From positions 62,001 through 126,000 of IMG/VR virus record IMGVR_UViG_3300027782_000027: 64,000 bases of DNA. One strand, written 5' to 3'. Below are positions 48,960-56,674 of the stretch, piece after piece. The notes below the pieces were generated by a model, which saw nothing but the letters and a program-made list of their open reading frames with translations, ran no database searches and was not told the DNA's origin. The first letter of the stretch is position 1, and the number at the start of each line of letters is the position of its first letter. The position numbers were made by a program, and so were the translations under genes.

Positions 48960-49475
48960 ATGTCAAATAGAATAGTTCCAATAACAAGGTTAGGTAAATT
49001 TTTCGGTGCGGAAGATTATAATTTAGATATTAGTATGGGAAGAGAATGGTTAGAAGGCGATATGAACTTCACTCTTGTACTATATCGTATTGACAAACAG
49101 AAGACAAATGTTGATGATGTGTATGGTGAAGCCTCCGTTGATGGTGTTAAATTTTTACCACCTATTGAGTTTAAAGCTTATCTACAAATTGTTGCCCCTG
49201 AAAATAAATTTCTTGGGACAAGTAAGATTAATCAAATGGAGCCGGGTAATGCTAGAATTTCGGTTTATCAAAAACATTTAGATGAATTGGAAATTGACAT
49301 TGAATATGGTGATTATATTGGGTATTACGAAACTGAAACTCAAGTAAGATATTATGTAGTTAATAATGATGGTCGTGTTGTTTCAGATAACAAACACACG
49401 TACGCAGGATATAAACCATTTTATAGAACAATAAACGCATCTCCTGTAATGGAAAACGAATTTAGAGGATTATAA
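48960..49475 (+). CDS. Head closure/neck protein (T4 gp14-like)
   Basis: VLYRID...DDVYGE...F.PPIE; start re-assigned to ATG 48960. Confidence 0.7.
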   Translation: MSNRIVPITRLGKFFGAEDYNLDISMGREWLEGDMNFTLVLYRIDKQKTNVDDVYGEASVDGVKFLPPIEFKAYLQIVAPENKFLGTSKINQMEPGNARISVYQKHLDELEIDIEYGDYIGYYETETQVRYYVVNNDGRVVSDNKHTYAGYKPFYRTINASPVMENEFRGL

Positions 49476-49476
49476 A

Positions 49477-49635
49477 ATGAAAATTATTATTTCTAAAAAA
49501 CAATTGAAAATGATTGTTAAATCAATAGAAGATGGTCGGGTAATTTGTGATTGTGGTTGGTCTTGGGACTTATCTGACGGAGGAAATGACCCATATATTT
49601 GTCATAAATGTGGTAATGATAATGAAGAAAAATAA
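49477..49635 (+). CDS. 52-aa zinc-finger protein (CDC...CHKC), not in the ORF track
   Basis: Translated by hand: MKIIISKKQLKMIVKSIEDGRVICDCGWSWDLSDGGNDPYICHKCGNDNEEK; TAATG-coupled to the next gene. Confidence 0.75.
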   Translation: MKIIISKKQLKMIVKSIEDGRVICDCGWSWDLSDGGNDPYICHKCGNDNEEK

Positions 49636-50687
49636 TGGCTTTACCAAAAATTAAAAAAACTTTACCTCTTACATACCCTCCTATTGGTTATGAAAGAAGA
49701 GAACAACTTCTTGAAGATATTAACAAGGATGGAACTTACTTGCCTAAGTCTATTTTACATGAAGATTTGGATAGGGGGTTTTTGGACTTTGTTAAAGATG
49801 ATTTAAAAACTGTTGTTGGGGGAAAGATTGTTAAGGTTGTAGATATATTAATGACAACTCAGAATTGGTCTCAATTTACACAGACTTGGGATTTTAATAA
49901 CATTGATAAAAATGTTCAACCACCAATTATTACAACAGTAAGAACTCCTGAAGTAAAATACGGGACATTACCATCATTAAGATATAACATACCAAATAGA
50001 AAACAATATTATTATGCTGCGGTTCCTACATGGGACGGACAAAGAAAAGGTATGGACATTTACACCATTCCACAACCTGTTCCTGTTGATATAAAATATT
50101 CAGTTAAAATTATCTGTAATAGAATGAGAGAATTAAATAAATTCAATCAGATTGTTATTGAAAAATTTGCATCTCGTCAGGCTTATACACAAATTAAAGG
50201 ACATTACATTCCAATAACACTTGACGAAATATCAGATGAGTCGGTTATGGATGTTGAAAAAAGAAGATATTATATACAATCGTATGCTTTCACTTTACAA
50301 GGGTTTTTAAGTGATGAAGAAGAATATGAAGTTAAACCTGCAATCAGTAGAAGTTTAATGTTAGTTGAAATAGACCGTAGAAAGAAAAAAGTTAAAAGAA
50401 AACAATACCCACCAAATCCTGACCAATATGTTTTTAATGCGAACTTTCCTATAGGTATGACTTCTTATACTCAAACATTTAATTATTCGGCCAATATTAA
50501 TATTAATGGTGATGTTAATATTAACACATATGAATTTTTAATTAATGGTTTGTATTATGGAAATGATATTACAACATTACCTGCCGGTATGATACAAATT
50601 AATACAAATGATATTTTAACTATTAATATTGTTAAAACAAATAACGCTCAATCATCGTCATTTAATTTAGTATCAACAATAGTTTAA
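49635..50687 (+). CDS. Tail terminator/completion protein (gp15-like)
   Basis: PQPVPVDIKYSV pattern; located between neck and sheath. Confidence 0.7.
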   Translation: MALPKIKKTLPLTYPPIGYERREQLLEDINKDGTYLPKSILHEDLDRGFLDFVKDDLKTVVGGKIVKVVDILMTTQNWSQFTQTWDFNNIDKNVQPPIITTVRTPEVKYGTLPSLRYNIPNRKQYYYAAVPTWDGQRKGMDIYTIPQPVPVDIKYSVKIICNRMRELNKFNQIVIEKFASRQAYTQIKGHYIPITLDEISDESVMDVEKRRYYIQSYAFTLQGFLSDEEEYEVKPAISRSLMLVEIDRRKKKVKRKQYPPNPDQYVFNANFPIGMTSYTQTFNYSANININGDVNINTYEFLINGLYYGNDITTLPAGMIQINTNDILTINIVKTNNAQSSSFNLVSTIV

Positions 50688-50833
50688 CGTTCCCCGTAGA
50701 TATCTTTTTTTTCCTCACAATTATCCCTAATTAGTTTTTCTAAAAACTTGTGAATCTTCAAACCATGTTTCATACAATAGTCCTTTAGGGTTTTATGACT
50801 GTCAGGGGATATTTTTATATTCTTAATTTCCAA
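50684..50833 (-). CDS. 49-aa ribbon-helix-helix DNA-binding protein, not in the ORF track
   Basis: TTG start; (M)EIKNIKISPDSHKTLKDYCMKHGLKIHKFLEKLIRDNC has the RHH beta-helix-G-helix pattern. Confidence 0.7.
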   Translation of the reverse strand: MEIKNIKISPDSHKTLKDYCMKHGLKIHKFLEKLIRDNCEEKKDIYGER

Positions 50834-50851
50834 GGTAGAAAAAAGGTAGAA
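50832..50851. repeat. AAGGTAGAA direct repeat (11-bp period), candidate RHH operator
   Basis: Copies at 50832-50840 and 50843-50851. Confidence 0.5.
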
Positions 50852-50868
50852 TTTATTCCTACTGATTT

Positions 50869-50875
50869 ATAAATA
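50869..50875 (-). promoter_or_regulatory. TATTTAT putative late promoter (RHH gene)
   Basis: Upstream of TTG 50833. Confidence 0.55.
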
Positions 50876-50911
50876 GTTAGTGACCCCATTAGTTTTTGAT
50901 TAAAATGACAA

Positions 50912-50918
50912 TATTTAT
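50912..50918 (+). promoter_or_regulatory. TATTTAT putative late promoter (sheath)
   Basis: Upstream of ATG 50954. Confidence 0.65.
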
Positions 50919-50953
50919 CAATAAATAAATTTTTAAAAACATTTAAAATAAAC

Positions 50954-53900
50954 ATGGCAACATCAAACAAAGTTTTCGTCTCGCCGGGTGTATATACATC
51001 AGAAAGAGACCTATCATTTGTTTCACAAAGTGTCGGAGTTACTACTTTAGGTATAGTTGGGGAAACCTTAAAAGGTCCTGCGTTTGAACCTATATTTATC
51101 TCAAGCTACGGAGAATTTGAAACTTACTTCGGTGGTACACTTCCGGAAAAATTTGTGAACACACAAATCCCAAAATATGAAGCGGCATACATTGCTAAAT
51201 CATATTTACAACAATCAAATCAACTTTTTGTAACAAGAGTTTTAGGTTTATCAGGTTATGACGCAGGTTCTTCTTGGTCTATTACTACTGTCGCGAATGT
51301 TGATTGTAATACAGTAGGACTAACTGGAGGAACTTCGTATAGTTTTAATTTTACAGGTTCAACTGCTTCAACAACTTCAATACAGTTTACTTCAGCAGTA
51401 CCTTCAGTAATTTCAGGTAATACTTACTACTCAAATAATTACACAGCATTAGATGGAACTAATTCATCAATATTGTCAGATTTAAGAAATCAGATATCAA
51501 GTATTTTATCAAGTAATTCATTATCAGCATCATCGGCGTATTATTTCGGACCTGTTTCAGGGACTCAAGTTAATGCGAATGTTGTTGCTGGTTTAACTGC
51601 TGCGACAAACGTATTTGATGTAGATAGTATCAGCGCATCAACAATAGATTATTGTTCAAGTGTAAACGACACTTGGTTCTACGCTAACTTTGTACCACCT
51701 GCAACAGGTGAGGCATATTACGGAAATTCTTTTTATAGTAGAATCGGTTCTTTATCAGGAACTGCATTTGGAACCTCTGGAAGTTTTACAGGAACTGTTT
51801 CAGGGTTTTATTATGGATTTTCAGGTTTAACTTATTCAGGATATAATGATTTAGTAATTGCGACACTTCGTTCAAGAGGTGTTACTAATTATTCATCAAC
51901 TCAACATGGTCCTGATTATCAAGTAACTGGAACATCTAACGTTCAAATGGTTTGTACTGGAAGTTACTCAGCGGTAACACAAAATCCATTTGCAACATTT
52001 GTAATTTCAGGTTTAAGTTACGACTCTACGTCGTTTAGTTTTGAAACTTCGTTTACACCGTCAAATGCTAACTTTATAACTAAAGTATTTGGAGTTGAAA
52101 ACTTCGCTAAAGACCAAACTGAAGTTCCTTTATTTACTGAAGAAAGATATTCTACGTTATTATCTTATGGATATAATAAAGGATTTATTAGAGGTTTAAA
52201 TTGTTCTTTAACTGCTTTACCTGAAGCTAGAAATAATAGTGTGGATTCAATTGCATATTATTTAGAGAGATATCAAACACCTCAATCACCATGGGTTGTT
52301 TCAGAATTACGTGGTAATTTAGTTTATAGATTATTCAGAGCAATTACAATTTCTGACGGAAATGACGCTAACGCTGAAATTAAAATTTCAATCGCAAACA
52401 TTTCATTTAACAACGGAACATTTGATTTGATTGTTAGAGATTTCTTTGACACGGATTCTAACCCTGTTGTTTTGGAGAAATTTACTAATTGTAGTATTAA
52501 TCCTGGTGAAAATAACTACATCGCTAAAAAAGTTGGTAGTTCAGATGGTGAGTTTGCAATTAAGTCGAAATTTATAATGGTTGAAGTTAACACGGAAGCT
52601 CCGGTTGACGCACTTCCTTGTGGATTTGAAGGTTTTGAAACTCGTAAATACACAGGTGCTAAATCACCATTCCAAATTTATAAGACAAAGTATGATTACC
52701 CAGGTGAAGTTATTTATAACCCACCATTCGGAACTACTTCAGGTGCTGATAACTCTGTACAAAGTTCAGGTGATAATATAAGAAGAACTTACTTAGGTAT
52801 TTCTTCAGCAGTGGCGTTCTCGTCGGATTCACCGGGTTATGACCCAGATTTCTTCCAATACAAAGGAATGCCAAATCCAACAACAACTACTTGTACTGAA
52901 GCAAATCATGTAACTTGGGGATTACAAACTAAAGGTTTCCACATGGATAGTGGAGCAACTTCAGTAACTATTGCAAATGTTTACTCAAATAGTGGACAAA
53001 CAGCGTTTTATGTTGGGGCGGGAGCGTTTAGTTCTGAACCTACTTCACAAACTAGTCCATATTACTTCTTATACTCTCGTAAGTTTACTTTCTTGGTACA
53101 AGGTGGTTTTGACGGATGGGATATCTATCGTGAATACAGAACAAATGCTGACCGTTACAGATTAGGTAATACTGGTTACAAGCAAGGAGCGTTAGCGGGT
53201 TGTGTACCTTACACAGATGCAACAGGATGGGGAGCGTTTAAACAAATCACAGTTGGTGATAACACTGTTGATTACGCAAACACTGACTATTACGCATACC
53301 TATTAGGTGTTCAACAATTTGCAAATCCTGAGGTAACAAATATCAACGTGTTAGTAACACCTGGTATTGATTATGTTAACAATGGTGATTTAGTTGAACA
53401 AGTAATTGATGTTGTTGAGAACGACAGAGCGGATTCAATCTATATCTGTACGAGTCCTGACTTCAACTTGTTACAACCATCAACTTCAATGGATAATTTA
53501 ATTTACCCACAAGAGGCGGTTGATAACTTGGAAAATACTAATATCGATTCTAACTACACCGCAACTTACTACCCATGGGTTCTTACTCGTGATACAGTAA
53601 ATAACACTCAAATTTATATTCCAGCAACTGCTGAAGCGACAAGAAATTTCGCCTTAACAGACAACATCGCGTTCCCTTGGTTCGCAACCGCTGGTTATAC
53701 AAGAGGTGTGGTAAACGCAGTTAGAGCTCGTAAGAGATTAACTCAAGAAGATAGAGACACTCTTTACAAAGGAAGAATTAACCCAATTGCTACATTCAAC
53801 GACGTTGGAACAGTTATTTGGGGTAATAAAACTCTTCAAATCAGAGAGTCAGCTCTTGACAGAATTAACGTAAGAAGATTGTTATTACAAGCTCGTAAGT

Positions 53901-54169
53901 TGATTTCAGCAGTAGCCGTAAGATTATTGTTCGAACAAAACGACAACTTGGTAAGACAACAGTTCTTAGATTCTGTTAATCCAATCTTAGATGCAATTCG
54001 TAGAGACAGAGGTTTATATGACTTCAGAGTTACTGTTCAAAATACACCTGAAGACTTAGATGCTAACCAAATGGTAGGTAAGATTTACATCAAACCAACT
54101 AAAGCTCTTGAATTCATTGACATTGAGTTCTTAATCACTCCAACAGGAGCGTCGTTTGAAAACATCTAA
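50954..54169 (+). CDS. Tail sheath protein (gp18-like, 1071 aa)
   Basis: FVSPGVYTSERDLS, WFATAGYTRG, INPI, WGNKTL, RINVRRLL and IKPTKALEFI motifs. Confidence 0.95.
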   Translation: MATSNKVFVSPGVYTSERDLSFVSQSVGVTTLGIVGETLKGPAFEPIFISSYGEFETYFGGTLPEKFVNTQIPKYEAAYIAKSYLQQSNQLFVTRVLGLSGYDAGSSWSITTVANVDCNTVGLTGGTSYSFNFTGSTASTTSIQFTSAVPSVISGNTYYSNNYTALDGTNSSILSDLRNQISSILSSNSLSASSAYYFGPVSGTQVNANVVAGLTAATNVFDVDSISASTIDYCSSVNDTWFYANFVPPATGEAYYGNSFYSRIGSLSGTAFGTSGSFTGTVSGFYYGFSGLTYSGYNDLVIATLRSRGVTNYSSTQHGPDYQVTGTSNVQMVCTGSYSAVTQNPFATFVISGLSYDSTSFSFETSFTPSNANFITKVFGVENFAKDQTEVPLFTEERYSTLLSYGYNKGFIRGLNCSLTALPEARNNSVDSIAYYLERYQTPQSPWVVSELRGNLVYRLFRAITISDGNDANAEIKISIANISFNNGTFDLIVRDFFDTDSNPVVLEKFTNCSINPGENNYIAKKVGSSDGEFAIKSKFIMVEVNTEAPVDALPCGFEGFETRKYTGAKSPFQIYKTKYDYPGEVIYNPPFGTTSGADNSVQSSGDNIRRTYLGISSAVAFSSDSPGYDPDFFQYKGMPNPTTTTCTEANHVTWGLQTKGFHMDSGATSVTIANVYSNSGQTAFYVGAGAFSSEPTSQTSPYYFLYSRKFTFLVQGGFDGWDIYREYRTNADRYRLGNTGYKQGALAGCVPYTDATGWGAFKQITVGDNTVDYANTDYYAYLLGVQQFANPEVTNINVLVTPGIDYVNNGDLVEQVIDVVENDRADSIYICTSPDFNLLQPSTSMDNLIYPQEAVDNLENTNIDSNYTATYYPWVLTRDTVNNTQIYIPATAEATRNFALTDNIAFPWFATAGYTRGVVNAVRARKRLTQEDRDTLYKGRINPIATFNDVGTVIWGNKTLQIRESALDRINVRRLLLQARKLISAVAVRLLFEQNDNLVRQQFLDSVNPILDAIRRDRGLYDFRVTVQNTPEDLDANQMVGKIYIKPTKALEFIDIEFLITPTGASFENI

Positions 54170-54187
54170 TCAACGATAAAATAATTG

Positions 54188-54214
54188 AAAACCCTCACGA
54201 AAGTGGGGGTTTTT
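54188..54214 (+). terminator. Rho-independent terminator
   Basis: ACCCTCAC-GAAA-GTGGGGGT followed by a T-tract. Confidence 0.8.
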
Positions 54215-54225
54215 ATTTTACATAA

Positions 54226-54232
54226 TATTTAT
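54226..54232 (+). promoter_or_regulatory. TATTTAT putative late promoter
   Basis: 4 nt before ATG 54237. Confidence 0.6.
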
Positions 54233-54236
54233 AGAT

Positions 54237-55052
54237 ATGAAAATATTTTTAGTAGAAGAATTTGATGAAGAAATCACACCCGATTTAAAATATTACGCTT
54301 TTGACTGGGACGATAATATTCTTACAATGCCGACACAAATAATACTTCGTACAGAGGATAATGAAGAAGTTGGTATGTCAACTGAAGACTTTGCGGAATA
54401 TCGTGTTAAGGTTGGAGTTGAACCTTTTGAATATAAGAAAAAAACTGTTGTAGGGTTTGCTGACGACCCGTTTAGGAACTTTGGGACTAAAGGCGATAAA
54501 AGATTCATCATTGACTCTATGATGGCAAAACCAGGTCCTGCATGGGATGATTTTGAAGAAGCAATTAATGGGGGTTCTATTTTTTCAATAGTTACTGCAA
54601 GGGGACACTCACCATTGGCTTTACGTAGGGCAATTGAAAATATGATTGAAACTAATTTTAAGGGAATATCTAAAAAAGAATTGGTTAAAAATTTAAGAAA
54701 ATTTAGAAAGTTTGCGGGTGAAGAGGATATGAAGGATAAAGAACTTATAAATGCTTATATGGATATGAATAAGTATTATCCTGTAACATTCGGAGCCGGG
54801 TCAGCACAAAGTCCTGAGGTTGGTAAAGTCGCAGCTTTAAAAGAATTTCAACAATATGTAAAATATTTAGCTGGTAGATTAAATAAACCAATAATGTTTA
54901 AAGATGATATTAGTAATAGATTCATACCTAAAATAGGATTTTCAGATGATGATTTAAGAAATCTGGAAAAAGTTAAAGATGAATTATCTAAAGACCCAGA
55001 AAATATTATTCAAACAATATCAACACATGGAGGAGAAAAGAAATTATACTAA
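54237..55052 (+). CDS. HAD-like phosphatase-fold protein
   Basis: YYAFDWDDNIL (DxD), IVTARGH and IGFSDDD (HAD motifs I, II and IV). Confidence 0.65.
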   Translation: MKIFLVEEFDEEITPDLKYYAFDWDDNILTMPTQIILRTEDNEEVGMSTEDFAEYRVKVGVEPFEYKKKTVVGFADDPFRNFGTKGDKRFIIDSMMAKPGPAWDDFEEAINGGSIFSIVTARGHSPLALRRAIENMIETNFKGISKKELVKNLRKFRKFAGEEDMKDKELINAYMDMNKYYPVTFGAGSAQSPEVGKVAALKEFQQYVKYLAGRLNKPIMFKDDISNRFIPKIGFSDDDLRNLEKVKDELSKDPENIIQTISTHGGEKKLY

Positions 55053-55059
55053 TATTTAT
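55053..55059 (+). promoter_or_regulatory. TATTTAT putative late promoter (tube, distal)
   Basis: Intergenic copy. Confidence 0.5.
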
Positions 55060-55127
55060 AAACTGGACTTATAGCAAGTTTGACTAAAAAAAAGTTTAAA
55101 GTAAATAGAAAAATATTTAGTTGACAC

Positions 55128-55134
55128 TATTTAT
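55128..55134 (+). promoter_or_regulatory. TATTTAT putative late promoter (tube, proximal)
   Basis: Upstream of ATG 55169. Confidence 0.65.
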
Positions 55135-55168
55135 AATAAAATAAAAGAAAATTTAAAAACAAAATGAT

Positions 55169-55657
55169 ATGGCTGATTTACTGATGAAAATGCCTTTTCC
55201 GTATGAACCCAAAAAGAAAAATAGATTTATTCTAAGATTTCCTTCTGAATTGGGTATAAACGAATGGTTTGTAGAAACAACAAATAGACCTAAAATAACA
55301 ATTGGAAGTATTGATATTCCTTTTCTAAACACTAAAAGATATGTTGCAGGAAAATACGAATGGGGAACTATCGGTGTTACACTACGTGACCCAATTGGAC
55401 CTTCAGCGGCTCAAGCAATGATGGAATGGGTTCGTTTACACGCTGAATCAGTAACGGGTCGTATGGGTTACGCGGCAGGATATAAGAAAGACGTTGAACT
55501 TGAAATGTTAGACCCGACAGGCGTTGTTATTGAAAAGTGGTCTTTAATCCAATGTTTCTTGACTGACGTTGATTTTGGTTCTCTTGGTTATGCAGACGAC
55601 GCATTAGCTAATATTACATTAACACTTCGTCCTGACTATTGTGTATTACTTTACTAA
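55169..55657 (+). CDS. Tail tube protein (gp19-like)
   Basis: EPKKKNRF...RP......GKYEWGTI.VTLRDPI...YKKD..LEMLDPTG..IEKW; follows the sheath gene. Confidence 0.88.
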   Translation: MADLLMKMPFPYEPKKKNRFILRFPSELGINEWFVETTNRPKITIGSIDIPFLNTKRYVAGKYEWGTIGVTLRDPIGPSAAQAMMEWVRLHAESVTGRMGYAAGYKKDVELEMLDPTGVVIEKWSLIQCFLTDVDFGSLGYADDALANITLTLRPDYCVLLY

Positions 55658-55681
55658 TACTATTACAAATATTATAATAAG

Positions 55682-55704
55682 ACCCACAGAAATGTGGGTT
55701 TTTT
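55682..55704 (+). terminator. Rho-independent terminator
   Basis: ACCCACA-GAAA-TGTGGGT followed by a T-tract. Confidence 0.85.
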
Positions 55705-55751
55705 ATTTACAATAAATTAAACTATTATATGTTATAAACAAAAACGAATTT

Positions 55752-56504
55752 ATGGAAGAACAGAATATTAACCAAACTAATTTTAATTTACCACATGATG
55801 TATTAACTTTACCAAGTGGAGGTAAATTTTATAAAAACAAAAAAAAATCGGTTAAAGTTGGTTTTTTAACTGCTGCTGACGAAAATATTTTGGCAAGCGC
55901 TTCTAATATGTCTGGAGACCAAGTTATCCAACAATTAATTCGGGCTAAAGTTTATGAACCTGATTTGAAGGTTGACGATATGTTAGAAGGTGATATTGAA
56001 GCGATTTTAGTTTTTTTAAGAAATACTGCGTTTGGTCCTGAATATAACGTTAATTTAACTGACCCTGAAACAGGTAATAAATTTGAATCAACTTTTTCTT
56101 TGGATGAGTTAAATTTTTCTAAACCCGAAGTTGACCCTGATGAAAATGGACACTACACTGCAACACTTCCAAAAAGTGGAAAAACCGTAAAATTAAAATT
56201 ATTAACTTTTGGTGATAAAAAAGAATTATCGGATAGAGAAAATTCATATCCCAAAAACATGGTAACACCTAAAGTTACTTGGAGATTATTAAAACAAATT
56301 ATTAGTATTGATAATAATGAAGACAAAACAGAAATTGCTAAATTTGTTGAAAAAATGCCAATAATGGATTCTAAATTCATTACCAATTTTATAAACAAAA
56401 ATCAACCGTCATTAGACTTAATCAAAGAAATTATAGCCCCATCTGGAAAAAGTGTACTCACGCGAGTTACCTTTGGGGCGGAGTTTTTTCGTCCTTTCTT
56501 CTGA
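55752..56504 (+). CDS. Tail assembly chaperone / baseplate hub assembly protein (gp26-like)
   Basis: LTLPSGGKFY, LTAADENIL and DIEAILVFLRNTAFGPEY motifs; between tube and tape measure. Confidence 0.75.
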   Translation: MEEQNINQTNFNLPHDVLTLPSGGKFYKNKKKSVKVGFLTAADENILASASNMSGDQVIQQLIRAKVYEPDLKVDDMLEGDIEAILVFLRNTAFGPEYNVNLTDPETGNKFESTFSLDELNFSKPEVDPDENGHYTATLPKSGKTVKLKLLTFGDKKELSDRENSYPKNMVTPKVTWRLLKQIISIDNNEDKTEIAKFVEKMPIMDSKFITNFINKNQPSLDLIKEIIAPSGKSVLTRVTFGAEFFRPFF

Positions 56505-56646
56505 TTATACCAAACATCTTTTAGACCAATATCTTTTATTGAGTAGGTTTTTACATATTCCGTATTCGGATTTTATGTTAATCCCTACGTCTCATCGTAC
56601 TTATTTGGTTAATACTGTCATAGAAATGAATACTCCTAAAAGTTAA
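56485..56646 (+). CDS. Downstream chaperone ORF ('T'/gp51-like), probably reached by +1 frameshift
   Basis: +1 frame is open across the upstream stop with no ATG before the conserved part (only GTG at 56452). LLDQYLLL.....YSDFM.IPTSHRTYLV resembles gp51-like small ORFs. Confidence 0.65.
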   Translation, partial: FFVLSSDYTKHLLDQYLLLSRFLHIPYSDFMLIPTSHRTYLVNTVIEMNTPKS

Positions 56647-56654
56647 ACCTAAAG

Positions 56655-56661
56655 TATTTAT
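56655..56661 (+). promoter_or_regulatory. TATTTAT putative late promoter (tape measure)
   Basis: Upstream of ATG 56675. Confidence 0.65.
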
Positions 56662-56674
56662 TTAAAAAATACGT

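Noticed and set aside
55706-55733. Sigma70-like promoter TTTACA-N16-TATGTT before the chaperone
   Set aside because: The match and spacing are weak in very AT-rich DNA, so it is not listed as a feature.
56483-56524. Canonical -1 frameshift at G_UUU_UUU
   Set aside because: The -1 frame reaches TAG within about a dozen codons, and the protein-like ORF is in +1.
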